Source: the human T2T-CHM13v2.0 reference genome, Homo sapiens
DNA: 64,000 nucleotides
Strand: one strand, 5' to 3'
Assembly: GCF_009914755.1 (NCBI RefSeq)
Contig: NC_060933.1
A program made the translations under genes and the position numbers. Numbering within the stretch: position 1 is the first letter of the stretch; each line of letters starts with the position of its first letter. Positions 38,544-53,012 of the stretch are shown here, in pieces. A model generated the notes under the pieces. It saw nothing but the letters and a program-made list of their open reading frames with translations. It was not told the origin of the DNA and made no database searches.

Positions 38544-39689
38544 ACTGAAAAAAAAGAAAACCAGTCTCCCTTGCTACCCCTACAGCTGTGAACTGCTCCT
38601 TCTCATCTGCACCCCTCACCGATGGCTTTTAAAATGACACTCTTTATACTTTTTGAGCACATAATTTCAGGGTCAGTGAGTCCCCTCATGAGGACTAGAG
38701 TACTACAGGTCAGGCATATGTCCCAGCGACATCAAATCACAAAAGCAATCTTAAGCTGCTTTTCTTATCAAGATAATCTTCCAAATAGAATTAAGGTTTT
38801 AATACACGCTTCTTTGGAAGCCGTATCTTCCCCCCTAAATCTCTGTAGCATCTTCATGAGTGATGACGCAGGCATCTAACCTCTGATCCTGTTTTATTTG
38901 TAAGGTGGGGCACTCCGGTAACACACCAGAGGTCACGCTGCAAGCCAGGGCTCTGAAGCCCCATGACTGCGGCCATTATCTTTTCTATAAAAGCGGGGAA
39001 ATAAAATAAACCTTTTGTGGTTTCCATCTGTTTGTTTTTCTCCATCCTACCAAAATCTGTTCCTTCTCAAGCTCTCTCTTCTCCATCTGGCCTAACAATT
39101 TCCACAGGCAGATCATTTCAACTCGAGGGGAGCTATGTCAGCAGGAGGTCTTCAATAACATGAGTCTTGTCCTTCCCTCCTTATCTCCCCCCTCAGGCTT
39201 TTCACTGAATGCCCAGGATGACTAGGGAGCGAAGATGGAGAGCTCTGGGTTCTGCCCTCCCTCTTGTATAGACCCGATTGTTCTGCTGGGTGTGCATCCC
39301 CTTGGGCTAACAAGAGCTTTCCCTCTGATCTCCCCTCATGGCTACCCAGAATTGCATTGTTTATCTCCCCTCCACCTAGAAAGAAAGCCCATCTTCATCC
39401 CTCAAAACACAAGGGAAGACAAAGTCAACATGGAATCAACACACAATAACCATGGTCTCAGTGCCTGTTTTGGAAGAGAGGCAAGGGAGAGGCCAACTTG
39501 TCACTCTGCACCATGAACTGTGCAAATTACACAGGCTCTTGTGCCCGGTCCTTGATGTTTACTTAAGCTGTTATTTTCATACCAACTCACCAATGATTAT
39601 TACAAGCCACTTGCCACTTGAAAGAGGCCTGAGAACAAGAAGAACAGAATTCTCAGGAAGAAGCATTTCTTTCTGTCATTTGCTGATTC

Positions 39690-39729
<40 letters not shown>
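39690..39729. repeat. (TG)n(AG)n compound microsatellite
   Basis: Read directly. Confidence 0.95.
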
Positions 39730-39730
<1 letters not shown>

Positions 39731-42700
39731 ATAGGGAAAAGGAGAGGGACAGAAAACAAACCAAAAAGGGAAATTATACTATGATTTAAGGTAACTCACA
39801 GACAAAAGCAAATCCCTTTTAGAAAAAATAAAAAGGCAGTGAAGGAACAGAAAAAATTATCAAGTGCTTTCCATCTATCACCTTTCATAGATATATTCGC
39901 CTTAAAAATAAAGAAGGAAATAGCAGATGACAGAGAAGCTGAAGTTCATTAAGCCTGGAATAGATTCTTTCCTGGTATTTTCATGTACTTGCATGTAGCT
40001 TAAATATTTACTTAGGAAATGGGTCATTTAAAGAATCAGCTGATGGGCAGCTTCCCCTCCAGTTTACCCAGCAGCCGGACAATCCCGTCCCACCGTGTAG
40101 CTGTTTCCGAGCCACTGTTCTCTCCACAGTGGGAAGCCCTTGTTGTTAATATGTGCATATTCACTACAAAATACCTTTCTTCTTAAAAAGAAGATTCTCC
40201 ATAAGAGTCATTTCACCAGTGAACTCCTCTATTGAAGTGAAAAATGATTTGGCTTGAGAAAAACCTATTTATACAAAACCTTCACATCTATCATGTACAA
40301 TGAGGCACCTTTATAAATATGTATTTTTTATTATGCCATTTGCTTCTTTTCTATTTTCAAAATACTAAACATAAGACTCTAAATATCCCTTTTACATTTT
40401 CAGATCTATTTTGTTTTAAAACATTCAGGTTCCTTTTAACAAATTTGAGCTCGGAAAAATTATTCTTTCTTTTTAATCTTTACCAGATGTTGTTTATACA
40501 CAAACAATTTTTTCAGTACTCCATAATGCAATTATTGTTTAATTAGTGATAAATCTGTCATTCCTGGGCTTAAGAACTTAACAAGTACCAAATGTACTTT
40601 TGCGTCTTAAATTTACATGTGCTCTTCTCTGTGTTTGGACACAGAGGATCCCCAGCACCCCCTCCCCTGCCTGAAGTCCTTCTAGCCTTGCCCAGTGGCC
40701 TCTATCCAATTAGCCCGGGTAGCCCAAGCTGGAAGAAAGCTCCTCAGCCCCCTGCTGCTTCACAGCTCAGCCTGAGTGGCAATGACCCCTACGTCCACCC
40801 CTGCTTTGTTTTTGGGTTTTTCCCTCTCTCCCTTCATCTCTGGCCACAAGGTCTGCATCCCCAACTGCAATTCCATTGCAAGGAAACTCGCAACGTGGGC
40901 CTCTTTCTTCACAGAGACTATGCTGGAGGATCTGGTGCCCCCCTGAGGCTAATTCTGGAAAGTGCAACTCCAGTCCAAGATGCAGAACCTCCCAGCTTTT
41001 AGCCATACACATCAGCCAGCACTACTGGACTACTGCTAAATTATCTACTTCAGCTCTTGTTCAATTACATGCACCACATTAAAGAGCTCAAAAGGAAGTG
41101 CCGAAAAGACTGAAAAAGCAGGAAAAGAAAACCCTGGCATGTTAGTGAAAAGCTACTTAAGCACAGCAAACTGACAATATCACCCAGGATGTAGAGTGAA
41201 CTCTTCAGCACAATATTTTACCAAGGAGGAGCTGCATACTGGGAGTCTGTGTAAAGGAAGTTTCTTTTTCTTTCTGAAGTGCTACAATTGCTACCTGGAG
41301 AATGAGGGAAAAAAACACAACCTATCCCATATTGAGGAGGATACTGAGGTATCTAGATGCTTTTTATTCTTAAGTTCTTATTAGATAAAGTAATCTTTTG
41401 AATTAAGCCATAAAGATTTTTAGGTAGGAGAGAAAATGAAGCATATTCTGATATCAAATCTTAGCAGAAACAACTCTGCCTCCTGGGCGCCTCCTCTGCT
41501 CCTTTCTTTTGGGGACAAGTCTGCCTGGGAAGGTGAGGCTAGCTCCTCTGGACCCAGCTGCGGGCGGGCTCTGCCAGCAAATGGGAGGGCATGAGAATCG
41601 GGTACCTTCCGGCCCTGGCATGCAGCTTGCCAGCCAAGCACAGTGCCACCCTGACACCCTGCAGACACTTTTCATTCCAATGTGGAATCCAAAGAATAGC
41701 TTTCTGGGCTCCACAAACAAAATTGTAACTGGAAAACATAACATCCTTCTAATTTGGGGCCAGCCTTGGGAAACCGAACAATGCCAAGAAGGCTGCATAA
41801 TTAACAAGTGGCTTTCACTGCTGTCGGTGACATCGGTTTTTAAGGTCAGGTCTGAAGCTATGGATTATGGTCTTCCCGTGCCCATGCTGTCAAGGAAAAC
41901 ACAAGACCATCTGCTTTTGAAAAGTTTCAGTCTGTACAGTAAATGACAATCTAGGGCTAATACCTCACTTGATGTAGGAGCTACCAACCGTGGCAGACAG
42001 CATGACTCGACAGCAGTCCAGTCCACCGCACGGAAGCCAAAGGGGAAGCCTCAAAAGTGAACGGGTTTTGAAAACTTTTCTTTTATTTTAGATGTTAAAT
42101 ACATACATAGTCATTTGGAACTCAGGTAATAAGAGACTAATCCCTCATTATTCATGGTCTTAATGGAAAATATCAGACCTGCGAGTCCAAGAGGCCAAAG
42201 AACATTTGGGAAGGTCATTTCACTTTGTACAACCTGTACCACACTTTTATCTTTTGTTTTTGTTACATTTTGGTAACTATAGAATTTCCAGGACTCATTC
42301 TGCATAGTCCCAAGAGAGAGAAATATAATTAACAGTGCTCTATATAAAACACAAGTTATGTAGACCATCACACTTTAATTACTCTCAGAATCCAACTCTA
42401 ATGTAATAGGCATCAGGTTTCCTCTGGAGCACAGCGCAGCAGTCTCGTGCTATCTGAGTCTTAGAGATCTCTCTGATACTTCTGTACAGTCCTGTCACTG
42501 CACCAAGATACTGCACTGCGATAAATGAATCAGATGATGCAATTAGGAAGCAGGCTCTTCAGGTTACCCCTGCAATCACTTAGCCACGTCACAGGCCTAT
42601 TGCGGCCTGCCTGGCTTTCTGGCACTGCAGGCCCAGGATGCTGAGGAGAACAGCCCACACCAATCAGGGGCTTCCAGCCATCGTCTGTATTGTAATTACG

Positions 42701-44737
42701 TCCTTGAACCATGAGGCACAGAGAGGTCACATCCTGCCAATGCCACAATAAATTAAACCAAATAACACCCTCTAGAATCCCCCTTTAGCCATAATGGAAG
42801 CTCTGAATTTCTGCACACATGATCCCGATAAAAGCTTTTGTAAGTCAACTGACTTCAAAGCTGTGTGACTCGTGGGAGATTACTGTAAACTACAAACTGG
42901 AGACTGAGCATTATACAGTTATGTGCAATGGGACGGCCTGCGTTCTCTGTCTTGCATCTGCTGTGCTCACCACAGTGCTGCTCAGGCATGAGGGCCACAG
43001 GCAAAAAGGACATGGAGAAGGTTCAGGGAAGAATCCAAGGATTAAGGAAAGGCTGGAAAAAAGGCAATGGGACTAGAATTTTTCAATAGGGAGAAGACTT
43101 AAGGAAAATGTCATAAGCACCCTGGAAGCAAGCATATAGCCCAGTTACTATCATTTTGCCACTGAAAAGGGACCAGAGAAACTGAAATCCTAGTATGCAC
43201 ATGTAAGTTAGTAATAGATTTAGCAGACAATAAAGGTAATTTATGACCTTGAATCACCAGGAATGGGCTGTCAGAGGGCTTCTGAAAGTCATGATTTATT
43301 TTGAATTGTACTGCAACCATTTTAAAATAAGGTGCATTCCTATTTCTTGCCTTAATATATGACTCTTCCGGATGGTAAGGTTAGGTAGTAATTATCCTTA
43401 AGAAATCTGTTTGGGCTCTCTCAGTCTTAATATACACGTCTTCCTTTCTCTTCTATCGTGGTAAACTTTCAAGTCAGGTGGGATCCGTGTGTGCAGCCTG
43501 AGGTACAGGTGAGAGCAGCGTGGCTGTCAGCACCTGCAACCCTATGCACATCGCCCTGGGAGGCCAAGGGGAAGGGTGAAAGGGGCCATGAAACAAGGGG
43601 AGAAACGGGATCGCGGAGGAAGGCAACTGATTCCATTAGGATTCCCTTAGACAGTCTCCAACTAGAAAGAGAAAGAAAGAACACAGAAGTCCCAACTGAA
43701 CTAAACAAGTTGAAGGCCTCTAGGAGGTAGGGGTTCTATGAGCTCAGGAAAAGTGGGCACAGCCAACCTCAGGGACTTCCTCAGTCTCAGCTCAAGGGCG
43801 AGGGTGAACACTCCCTCCTTCCCAGTGTCCCGGCCACTAACTAAAGACCGGACCGTTCACTGTGGCTCTTGGAACTCACTTTCTCCACTTGCAGGAAGCA
43901 GGAAGAAGTGGAAGGCAATCTCTGTGCCACATCCCTGCAGATTACGAAAGCTAAAGGGAAAAAGGGCAGAGTTCACTGGAGCTCCTGGAAGACAGAGGCT
44001 GCGGGACCATGGCACCTGCAGGTTTCTGAATCATTTTTTCAGGGTGCCTTGGTCTTTATTCCTGTCCTTACAAAATGTGCTCCAATCCCACAGAGCTGCC
44101 TCCCACAAAGGAATATGACTGGCGAGTCAGTGGTGGCGAGGGCCACTGAGAGCCCAGGGTGCCAGACACTGGGCCAGGAGGTGGATGTCCACGTGGGCTG
44201 GAGTCCCCAGCTGCACAGTCCTGAGCGGGAAGGGAGCCAGGCGCCACCGCGCAGGGGAGGGTGAAGGCAGGTGGCCTCACACCAAAAGAAAACTTACAGA
44301 AGTCTTAGCTGGTTCTGCTGCTTTAACCATTTTTCTGGGGTTTTGTGTCTCTTATTTCATCTTTCCTCTAGTGAAGAGCTACAAGTTTATTTTTTGAATG
44401 TTTTTAATTGATTCTTCCTCTTACCCATATGTTCATTTCCAAAAACTTATTTTCCATGCTGAAATAAGAAATACTGTTTTTAAAAAGTCTGTTGTGCAAA
44501 TGTCAATTCTTGTGAACATGTGATATACGGCATATCAATCAAGTAAACCTCAGATCTCTCCCTGCATGCTCCAAGGATGCAGAAAAGCCCCCTATGTTAG
44601 TGATTTCAAAAATAAAATGTAAATACACGATTATATATAAAGGTTCCAATTGCTCTTTTGTTTACATCCCCCCCTTTCATTCTCTGACTAAAAGAAATGA
44701 TTCCAAGCATCTCCTTCAAGGATTTTTCCCTTCATCA

Positions 44738-44977
<240 letters not shown>

Positions 44978-45294
44978 TCAAAATGCAATCACTAATCCAA
45001 TTTGTGAGACTTCTCATCATGGTCACAGCAGTGGCTAATAATTTATAGAATCAGTGAATATTTACCAAGTGCTCATTTGCAAAATAATGTGAATATGCTT
45101 CCACTTCAACTCACCTTAAGAAATCAGAAATGCTCAGGAAAAAAATTGCTTTCAAAAAGAATAAGCAAATGTCTAGTGATGGAAGAAAGAGGGAGCGATA
45201 AAAAACGGGATGGAAAAGGCCTCGTGATGCCCAGTCCCTAACTGAAGAAATAGGCATGTTCAAACACGCGTAATCATGCCTCACAATAGGGATG

Positions 45295-45470
45295 CGGACC
45301 TGGGTTTCGGTCCCAGCGCCACTGCCTACTAACTGTATGATCTCGGAGAAGTTAACCTCAGTTTATTCATCTGTAAAATGGGCCTATCTCCTTCACAGTG
45401 TTCTTGTAATGCAACAACACACGTACAGTGATTAGCACAGTGCTTGGCACATAAATATCCAATAACTAAT
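45295..45470 (+). mobile_element. MIR
   Basis: CCTGGGTTTCGGTCCCAGCGCCAC...CCTCAGTTTATTCATCTGTAAAATGGG...AGCACAGTGCTTGGCACATA. Confidence 0.8.
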
Positions 45471-45515
45471 TATAATCGGTTGCTTGAAAGTTGAAAATAT
45501 TTCTAACAATTTCAA

Positions 45516-45801
45516 GGCCAGATGCAGTGGCTCACACCTATAATCCCAACACTTTGAGAGACTGAGGTAGAAGGATCACTTGAGCCCAGGAGTTCAAGAC
45601 CAGCCTGGTCAAATAGTGAGGCCCTGCTTCTACAAAAAAAAATTTTTTTTTTAAATTAGCCTGGCATGGTGATAGCACACCTGTAATCCCAGCTACTTGG
45701 GAGGCTGAGGCAGGAGGATCGCTAGAGCCCAGGAGGCTGTGTTCACGTCACTGCACTCCAACCTGGGCAAAAGAGCAAGACCCTGTCTCAAAAGAAAAAA
45801 A
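45516..45801 (+). mobile_element. AluJ-like
   Basis: Sense dimeric Alu with a small right-arm deletion. Confidence 0.9.
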
Positions 45802-45911
45802 TCCAATTTCATATATGGTAGTTATGGCCTAGTTGATGCACTGGACCTTAAGTGTGATACTGGATAGGTTAGCAGGACTGGGAATCAAAGATTCCTTTAA
45901 AAAAAAAAAAA

Positions 45912-46185
45912 GATGCAAAGTCGTGCTCTCTCACCCAGGCTAGAGTGCAATGGTGTGATCAAAGTTCCCTGTAACCTCAAACTCCTAGGCTCATGTGATC
46001 CTCCTGCATCAGTCTCCCCAGTAGCTGGGACTACAGGTGCACGTCACCACATCTGGCTATTTTTTTTCTTGTAAAGATGGGGGTCTTGCTATTTTGCCCA
46101 GTTTGGTCTTGAACTCCTGGCCTCAAACAATCTTCCTGCCTTGGCCTCCCAAAATGTTGGGAATACAGGCCTGAGCCCCACTACT
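45912..46185 (-). mobile_element. AluJ-like (diverged)
   Basis: Antisense dimeric Alu, tail-to-tail with the previous one. Confidence 0.85.
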
Positions 46186-46989
46186 CCCCAGACACAACCA
46201 TTTTGTGTAGCTACATTTGTTTCTAAAGGAACATATATTAAGGTCCTCTTGTGTCAGTGAATTGGGGCTCCACTTCCCCTCCCTGGAGGGAGCATGAGGG
46301 GCACATGTCTGTCTCTGAGCCCCAACTGCTGGCTCTGGGATACAGTAGAGCTGCCCCCGAGAGCCACCTGCCCTTTACCTGCACATCCCAGACAGTGGGT
46401 GCTTCCCAGTGGGTGCTTTTCAAACTTGATGTCTATTCATTAATCTCCCTCCTGTCTTGCCCCAAGAAAAACAAGGCTACTGCTATTAATAAGGAAAACT
46501 AAAGTGGGGGCGTAAGCCTCCCACCGACCCAACAACCCCTTCAAGGCCTGTCCCTTCACCATGACTTTTGGGCCACTTCTCTGCAGAGCTGGTGTGAAGC
46601 CCAGCAACTGGGTCCAGGGACAGGAAGGGACATGGGGAGAGCAGTTCCTAGAGGTTTCACTTTTTCTGCTTGCTTGGTGTAGCTCCTGCAGACCTTGTCC
46701 AGGGTTGACCGTGGGGCAAGAGCAGCAGGGAAGAGGCTGAAGACCCGGGGAGACTGCGGAGGAGCTGGCAGAAGGCAGGGGGAAGGGAGAAGGGAGGGAG
46801 GGTACATTCACCTCAGAGCCTCCTGATCTCACGCTCACACCCTGAGCTTCAATTTGTCCAGGACCCACCGGCAGGCCCCGTTCCTCATCTCCCCACCTCC
46901 CACACCTGGCAAAGCCCTGCCATGGTGCCACACCCCCTCAATACTGGACATGCCATTTCCTCAGATGAAAAGAAGAGAAGAAATGATTT

Positions 46990-47470
46990 CTGGAGGATTT
47001 ACTAAGAGATCAGTTTGAGGTGTGTGGATTTGGAGTGTCTGAGGCACAACCAAGCAGAGATATTCAATAGGTCCTTGAATATCCAAGGTGGAAGCTCCGG
47101 GAGAGGAATTGGCTGAAGGTACACATTTGGGTGTCAGAACCCCAAGGGAGGAAGCTCTGAGTGTGGAGGCAGGCAGGGGAGGAGGAGCAGCTGCAGATGG
47201 CAGGAGGCACAGAAGCAGAGGACGCGTCATCAGAGCACGAGAAGATACAAAGGGGCGAATGAACCCTGAGTGTGCCGGGCAGGCCCTGGATGGCAGCACA
47301 TGGCAGAGAGAGGAGAGGAGTGGAGGTGAAGCCAGGACTGCAGACAGGACTTCAGAGGACTGGCGGTAACGGGAGTGATCCCAGGCGGCGGCCCAGAGGT
47401 GGGGCCTAGTGTGCTCCTGAAAGGCTGCCAACGGGCAAGGCGCAGAGGAGTGGGAAAGGCTGAAAAGCAG
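46990..47470 (-). mobile_element. L2 fragment
   Basis: AGATCAGTTTGAGGTGTGTGGATTTGGAGTGTCTGAGGCACAACCAAGCAGAGAT...GAAGCTCCGGGAGAGG...CATTTGGGTGTCAG resembles antisense L2. Confidence 0.6.
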
Positions 47471-49223
47471 TGGCTGGAATGATGCTGTTTCGCTTGCACT
47501 TGAATCCTCATTAACAGCCCTACAAAACAGGTACAAAATTATCCCCTCCCCGCACAGAAGAGGCAGCCGAGGTCAGAGAGGACCAGGACTCGCAGCTGGT
47601 AACACTTGAAGCCAGGGCGGCTGAGGTTGGAGTGAGTACAGGACCACGTTGGCTCTGAGGAGGGGTGCAAGAAGCCAGGCCTGGGCTCAGCAGAACAGTG
47701 GGCAGCTTTACTGGGTGGGCCAGACGCCGTGCCTGTGCTTATGCCCCTTGTGAAGAGGAAAGGCTTTTCCATCCAGGTGGTCAGCCAATTCTAGCCACAT
47801 CAATGGAGCCCTGGAGAGGGGTTCCTGTCCAGTAATCATGGGGAAGCAGAACACCCCTGGGTGTGGAGAGGGTGCTCGTAGCTTCCATCATGGAGCCAGG
47901 AAGCTCTGAATAGGAGAGTTCGCCTCTCAGTGGCTCCTCCCTTCTCAAGCAGCAGTGCTGGCTTTGACCAGCTTTCCTCATGCCTTATCTTTTTTCAGGA
48001 TCCATGTAACACGAATCTGTATGTCACTGGAAAGGCGTTTCACTGCAGTGAGAGGTCTTCTGCCAGTACCACATCCTGGCCGAGAGCCATGGCACGGTGT
48101 TTGTCATTCATCCCGCCAGGTGGTGGTGGGGAAGCTGCTGCAGCACTCAGGCCAGGCCGCCAGGAGCAGCAGCAAATTCACATGAACCAATGAAGAACCG
48201 ACCCATCCTGCTTAGCATAGTCACTCAAGCACACGAGTCACACTCCAGTCAGTAAAGTGCGTGATGCGCCCATTCTAGTTTGAAAACGATGTGTGTTAAT
48301 AGCTGTCTTTTTATTAGAGCCTTGATTCAGAGCACACCCTACTAATTGCTGTGAGTGATTATGTTTATGGACCTGTGTTTAATATTTGGATAGATTTTGC
48401 TCTAAAACCTCAGTGACTTAACTCTTTGTAATCACCCCTGAATGAAGGAATCGCCGAAGCAGTATCATCTTGATATGCTTGCTTAACAGAATTTGGCCGA
48501 GCCAACATATTTGTGTTCTACCTGGTGGTCTGAACCAGGCTGGCTTTAAATAAAAAGGCAAATCACAGAAAAAGAACTGCAAATGGCCGATAAAAATGTG
48601 CAGCTCTCCCATCTAATTAACAGTAAAGGAAGGGAAACGCACCGACGTGGTCTCAGTTTCACCCTCTCCGTGTAGGCGCTGAGGAGAGTGACAACACCCA
48701 GTGCTGGGGTAGGCAGAGGGTGCGTCTCCTCACAGGCAGGCAGGCACTGGCTTCACATGGCCAGTCATGTGGTGCCACTGAAGAAAATGCAAGACACACA
48801 GCCCCGTGTTAATCATCGTACTGCTGTCAATTTGCCTGGCAGAAATAGAAACATCAGTTTGAGGATATTTACTGCAATCCTTATATATGATAAGGACAAA
48901 ACTATAAACACTGCAGTGTGCACCCACGGGGATGGCGGAACAGAGTGTGGGCCTCGTGCCACGGAGTATGCCCCTATTTCAAATGAGCTGGATCTGTGTC
49001 CTGCGAGGGGTATTTAAGACACGCTGGTTAAAAAGCAGGCTCTGGAGTGATGTGGCTATGGTGTAATGCTGCTTTTGTTTTGACAATGAGCAGACAATGG
49101 CTTTATATGGACTTTATGTTTAACAAGCATAAGGTATGGCTACCAGAATTACTGCAGGATGAGGAGGAGGAGGTAATGAACATTTTCTGTATATGCCTTG
49201 TGCTGTATTGTTTGACCTGACAA

Positions 49224-49275
49224 AATGAATATATATATATTTATATATATATATATATAAATATATATATTCATT
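49224..49275. repeat. AT-rich palindrome (40-bp perfect core 49231-49270)
   Basis: ATATATATATTTATATATAT|ATATATATAAATATATATAT with AATGA/TCATT outer arms. Confidence 0.9.
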
Positions 49276-50434
49276 CATTCTGTGGAAAATTTAAAGGGAC
49301 AATAAAGTAAAAAAGAAAAAAATGTTTTTAGGGAAACTAAAAAATTTCATTCTGTTCAATACGTTAGTGACAGAAACGCTAAGGTTGTCCTTTTTCTTCT
49401 CTATAATGGTTCCATCCATCCTGCCTGGAATTGACCAAAATCATGAATTCAAGAAAACAGAGTAAGATAAAAACTTGACTCCCCCAAATCCCTACCTAAT
49501 AATTGGGAGAGTTTTCTGTATCATAGTTATGTTTTAGGAAATGGGGTGGACATTTAGAATTTATGTGTAATACATTACTATTTTCTCCTTTAAAATAATG
49601 AGCAGTAGGCTTCCAGTCAGGGCTCCACCTAGAAATCTGATTTACAGTGACAGCGTCTGCCATGAGCCAGGGAAGCCTGGACAGGACGCTCTCCCCTGTC
49701 CAACAGACTCTTCCAAAAGACACCTCCTTGAGATTTAGAAAACTCTACTTTGTTTCCCCCAAATACTCAGTTTAGTGAGGCAGTTGTGTTTTCTCATCCT
49801 TTACAAAAAGAGGTAGCAGGTAAAGAAATTGGTCCAACTGCTTACTAAATAATTTTGGCTCCAAATATTTTTATAGCTACAAAAAAACAAAACAAAACAA
49901 AACAAAACCAGAATGCAGAATTAAATTCTTCACAAGAAAGGTTCTTGATGAGGGAGGCCCATCTGAGAGGTTGTGTTCTAAAGCTGTCTGAGCAGTAGAG
50001 GGGAGGCCAGGGCTTCCTCAGCCAAGACAAAGGTGCACTGGCAACAGTCCACCTTTTCAAACCAGAAAGAGATCAAGGCTGTTTGGGTTGCCAGACAAAC
50101 TCACAAAACTTGGATTTAACTGTTATGGAGAATTGCTTACTTCCAAGGAACTGAAAAGAACACTGTTTGATCCTAAAGTTGTATTTAGGTGACAGCCTGA
50201 TCTAAGCAATGCATCATAATTCAGACAAAAGTTGCCATCATTATCATCTGCATGTACAGAGCAGCTCACTTCTCAAAAGGCAGCCACCAACAAGCAGAAG
50301 AAATGTGCAAACCCAAACACACCAGAATGTCTGGCAATTACACGTCAATATAAGCAGATTTTTTATTAGAAAAGTAAAGTTTTCTGTGACTCAATTTGTG
50401 ACCATATCTTATTAAGGTTAAAAAAACAGGATGT

Positions 50435-50762
<328 letters not shown>

Positions 50763-51300
50763 TCAGTTTCCATCATGGATAAACAATATTAATAGAAATG
50801 GGAGTTTTAGTTACTGCTAATTCTTTGCCACCTTTCTGTCCTTGGTATTATGCTGACTTTTCTTTGTTTAAACACTCACCTATATGATTTGACAACATTT
50901 AAATCTGGATTTTCCTTATCTAAGTTGAAAAAAACATAAACCCAACATCTTGATTGTAGGTCGGCCCTTTCTTCTAATTTACGTTTTCATTTCCAGAGGT
51001 CTCATTTTCCTGATTTGTAAAATGGCTACAGCGATGCTGAGGGTATTCAAAAGAATCTGTGGCTCCTCAAGAGTAATTCTAGTTAGGCTCCTTTTTTGGG
51101 GTAACTTGATATGCAAGAGCATAACAGACGAGTAAACTACTAATACATAAGTTAGTCAAGAAGCATAAATTAGGTTCTTCTGATAGATAATGAATTGTTT
51201 TCTTATTAAGCATTGTTGGAAGCCATATTAGCTCTTTCAGCAATGGGAATTAAGCTTACATCTGGTTTTAGTTCAGTGATTGTTAGGGGGAAAAATATGA

Positions 51301-51836
<536 letters not shown>

Positions 51837-51854
51837 TTTTTATTTTTATTTTTT

Positions 51855-51949
51855 AAAGCCTACAGCACCCGCTAATCCCCAGGCCCAACCCCCCTCAGCT
51901 TCTGAGATCAGGCAAGACTGGGCACATTTAGGGTGGAGTGGCTGTAGAC
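51855..51949 (-). pseudogene. 5S rRNA pseudogene (retrocopy) with ~27-nt internal deletion
   Basis: Reverse complement reads GTCTACAGCCACTCCACCCTAAATGTGCCC...GATCTCAGAAGCTGAG...GGGCCTGG/GGATTAGCGGGTGCTGTAGGCTTT, matching both ends of 5S rRNA. An A-rich tail follows. Confidence 0.92.
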
Positions 51950-52181
51950 GCTAATGGTTACGGGGTATTTACTGTGGATACGAGGCACTGTGCTAAGAAT
52001 ATTACAGTCATTCAACCCATTTAAATCTTAGTGTAAGTATTTGTCCTAGTTTGTAAGTTTATTTCTGTTATCCCACTATACTTATAAAAGGGATCTCTTT
52101 TAACTCTCAGAAGTGGCATGGTCTAGATTTTAAATCATATGGCCACCCTATTTAACACTCAGAGCCACCCCGAGCTGCGAG

Positions 52182-53012
52182 TGTTAGAGTGGTCAGAGAC
52201 TCGTATGTCAGTCACTCCCACTACTTAGAAGCTGTTTTTACTCACAGAGCACTTCTCACACTCACTGTGTGGATTTTCTTCCTCCACACAAACCAATGCT
52301 CCCAACTCTCTAGACACCAACTGGGTGTCCAGTGATTCAATTCTGACACCATCTGGCATTAGCACACACCCCACAGGTTAAGGGCTCAGTCCCACAAGAC
52401 TGCCCCCACTTCAGATGCCAATCACAGGTCTAGGCCTCTCATTCTTCTGACCAACTAGCTATAAAATCAGAGGTTCCAATGATCCTCTCTTCAGGTTTGA
52501 TAATTTGCTAGAATGGCTCACAGAACTCAGGAAGACACTTTACTTGCCATTACCAATTTATTCTGAAAGATACAATTCAGGAACAGCCACATGGAAGAGA
52601 TGCATGGGGCCAGGCCTGGGGGAAAGTTCTGAGCTTCCAGGCCCTCTCCAGGCACGTCACCTTCCCAGCACCTGGATGTGACCACCAATCTGGAAGCTAT
52701 TTGAACCCCACAGTTTAGGTTTTTTATGGAGGTCTCACAATGTAAGCACGACTGATTAAATCGCTGGCCAGTAGTGATCAGGTCGAACTCTGGGGGTCAG
52801 GTGTGGTTGGTTCCTTTGGCTACCAGCCCCCATCCCGAGGCTATCTGGGGGCCCACCAGGAGTCACTTCATTAGCCTACACTCAGGTGTGGTGAAAAGGG
52901 ACTTATGAATAATAAAAGATGCTCTTCTCACCTCATCACTCAGGAAATTTCAAGGGTTTTAGGAGCCTGGATGAAGACCAAATGCACATTTCTTATTATA
53001 TCACGAGATCAC
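52182..53012 (-). mobile_element. MER21-family solo LTR (ERV-derived)
   Basis: Contains GGTTAAGGGCTCAGTCCCACAAGACTGCCCCCACTTCAGATGCCA and GATAATTTGCTAGAATGGCTCACAGAACTCAGG. Ends CAAGGGTTTTAGGAGC...AAGACCAAA...TTTCTTATTATATCAC. The left boundary is approximate. Confidence 0.8.

Noticed and set aside
46961-47536. 191-aa minus-strand ORF in FANCC intron 7
   Set aside because: Overlaps an L2 relic, is not part of the FANCC protein, and has a Ser/Pro/Leu-rich non-coding-like composition.
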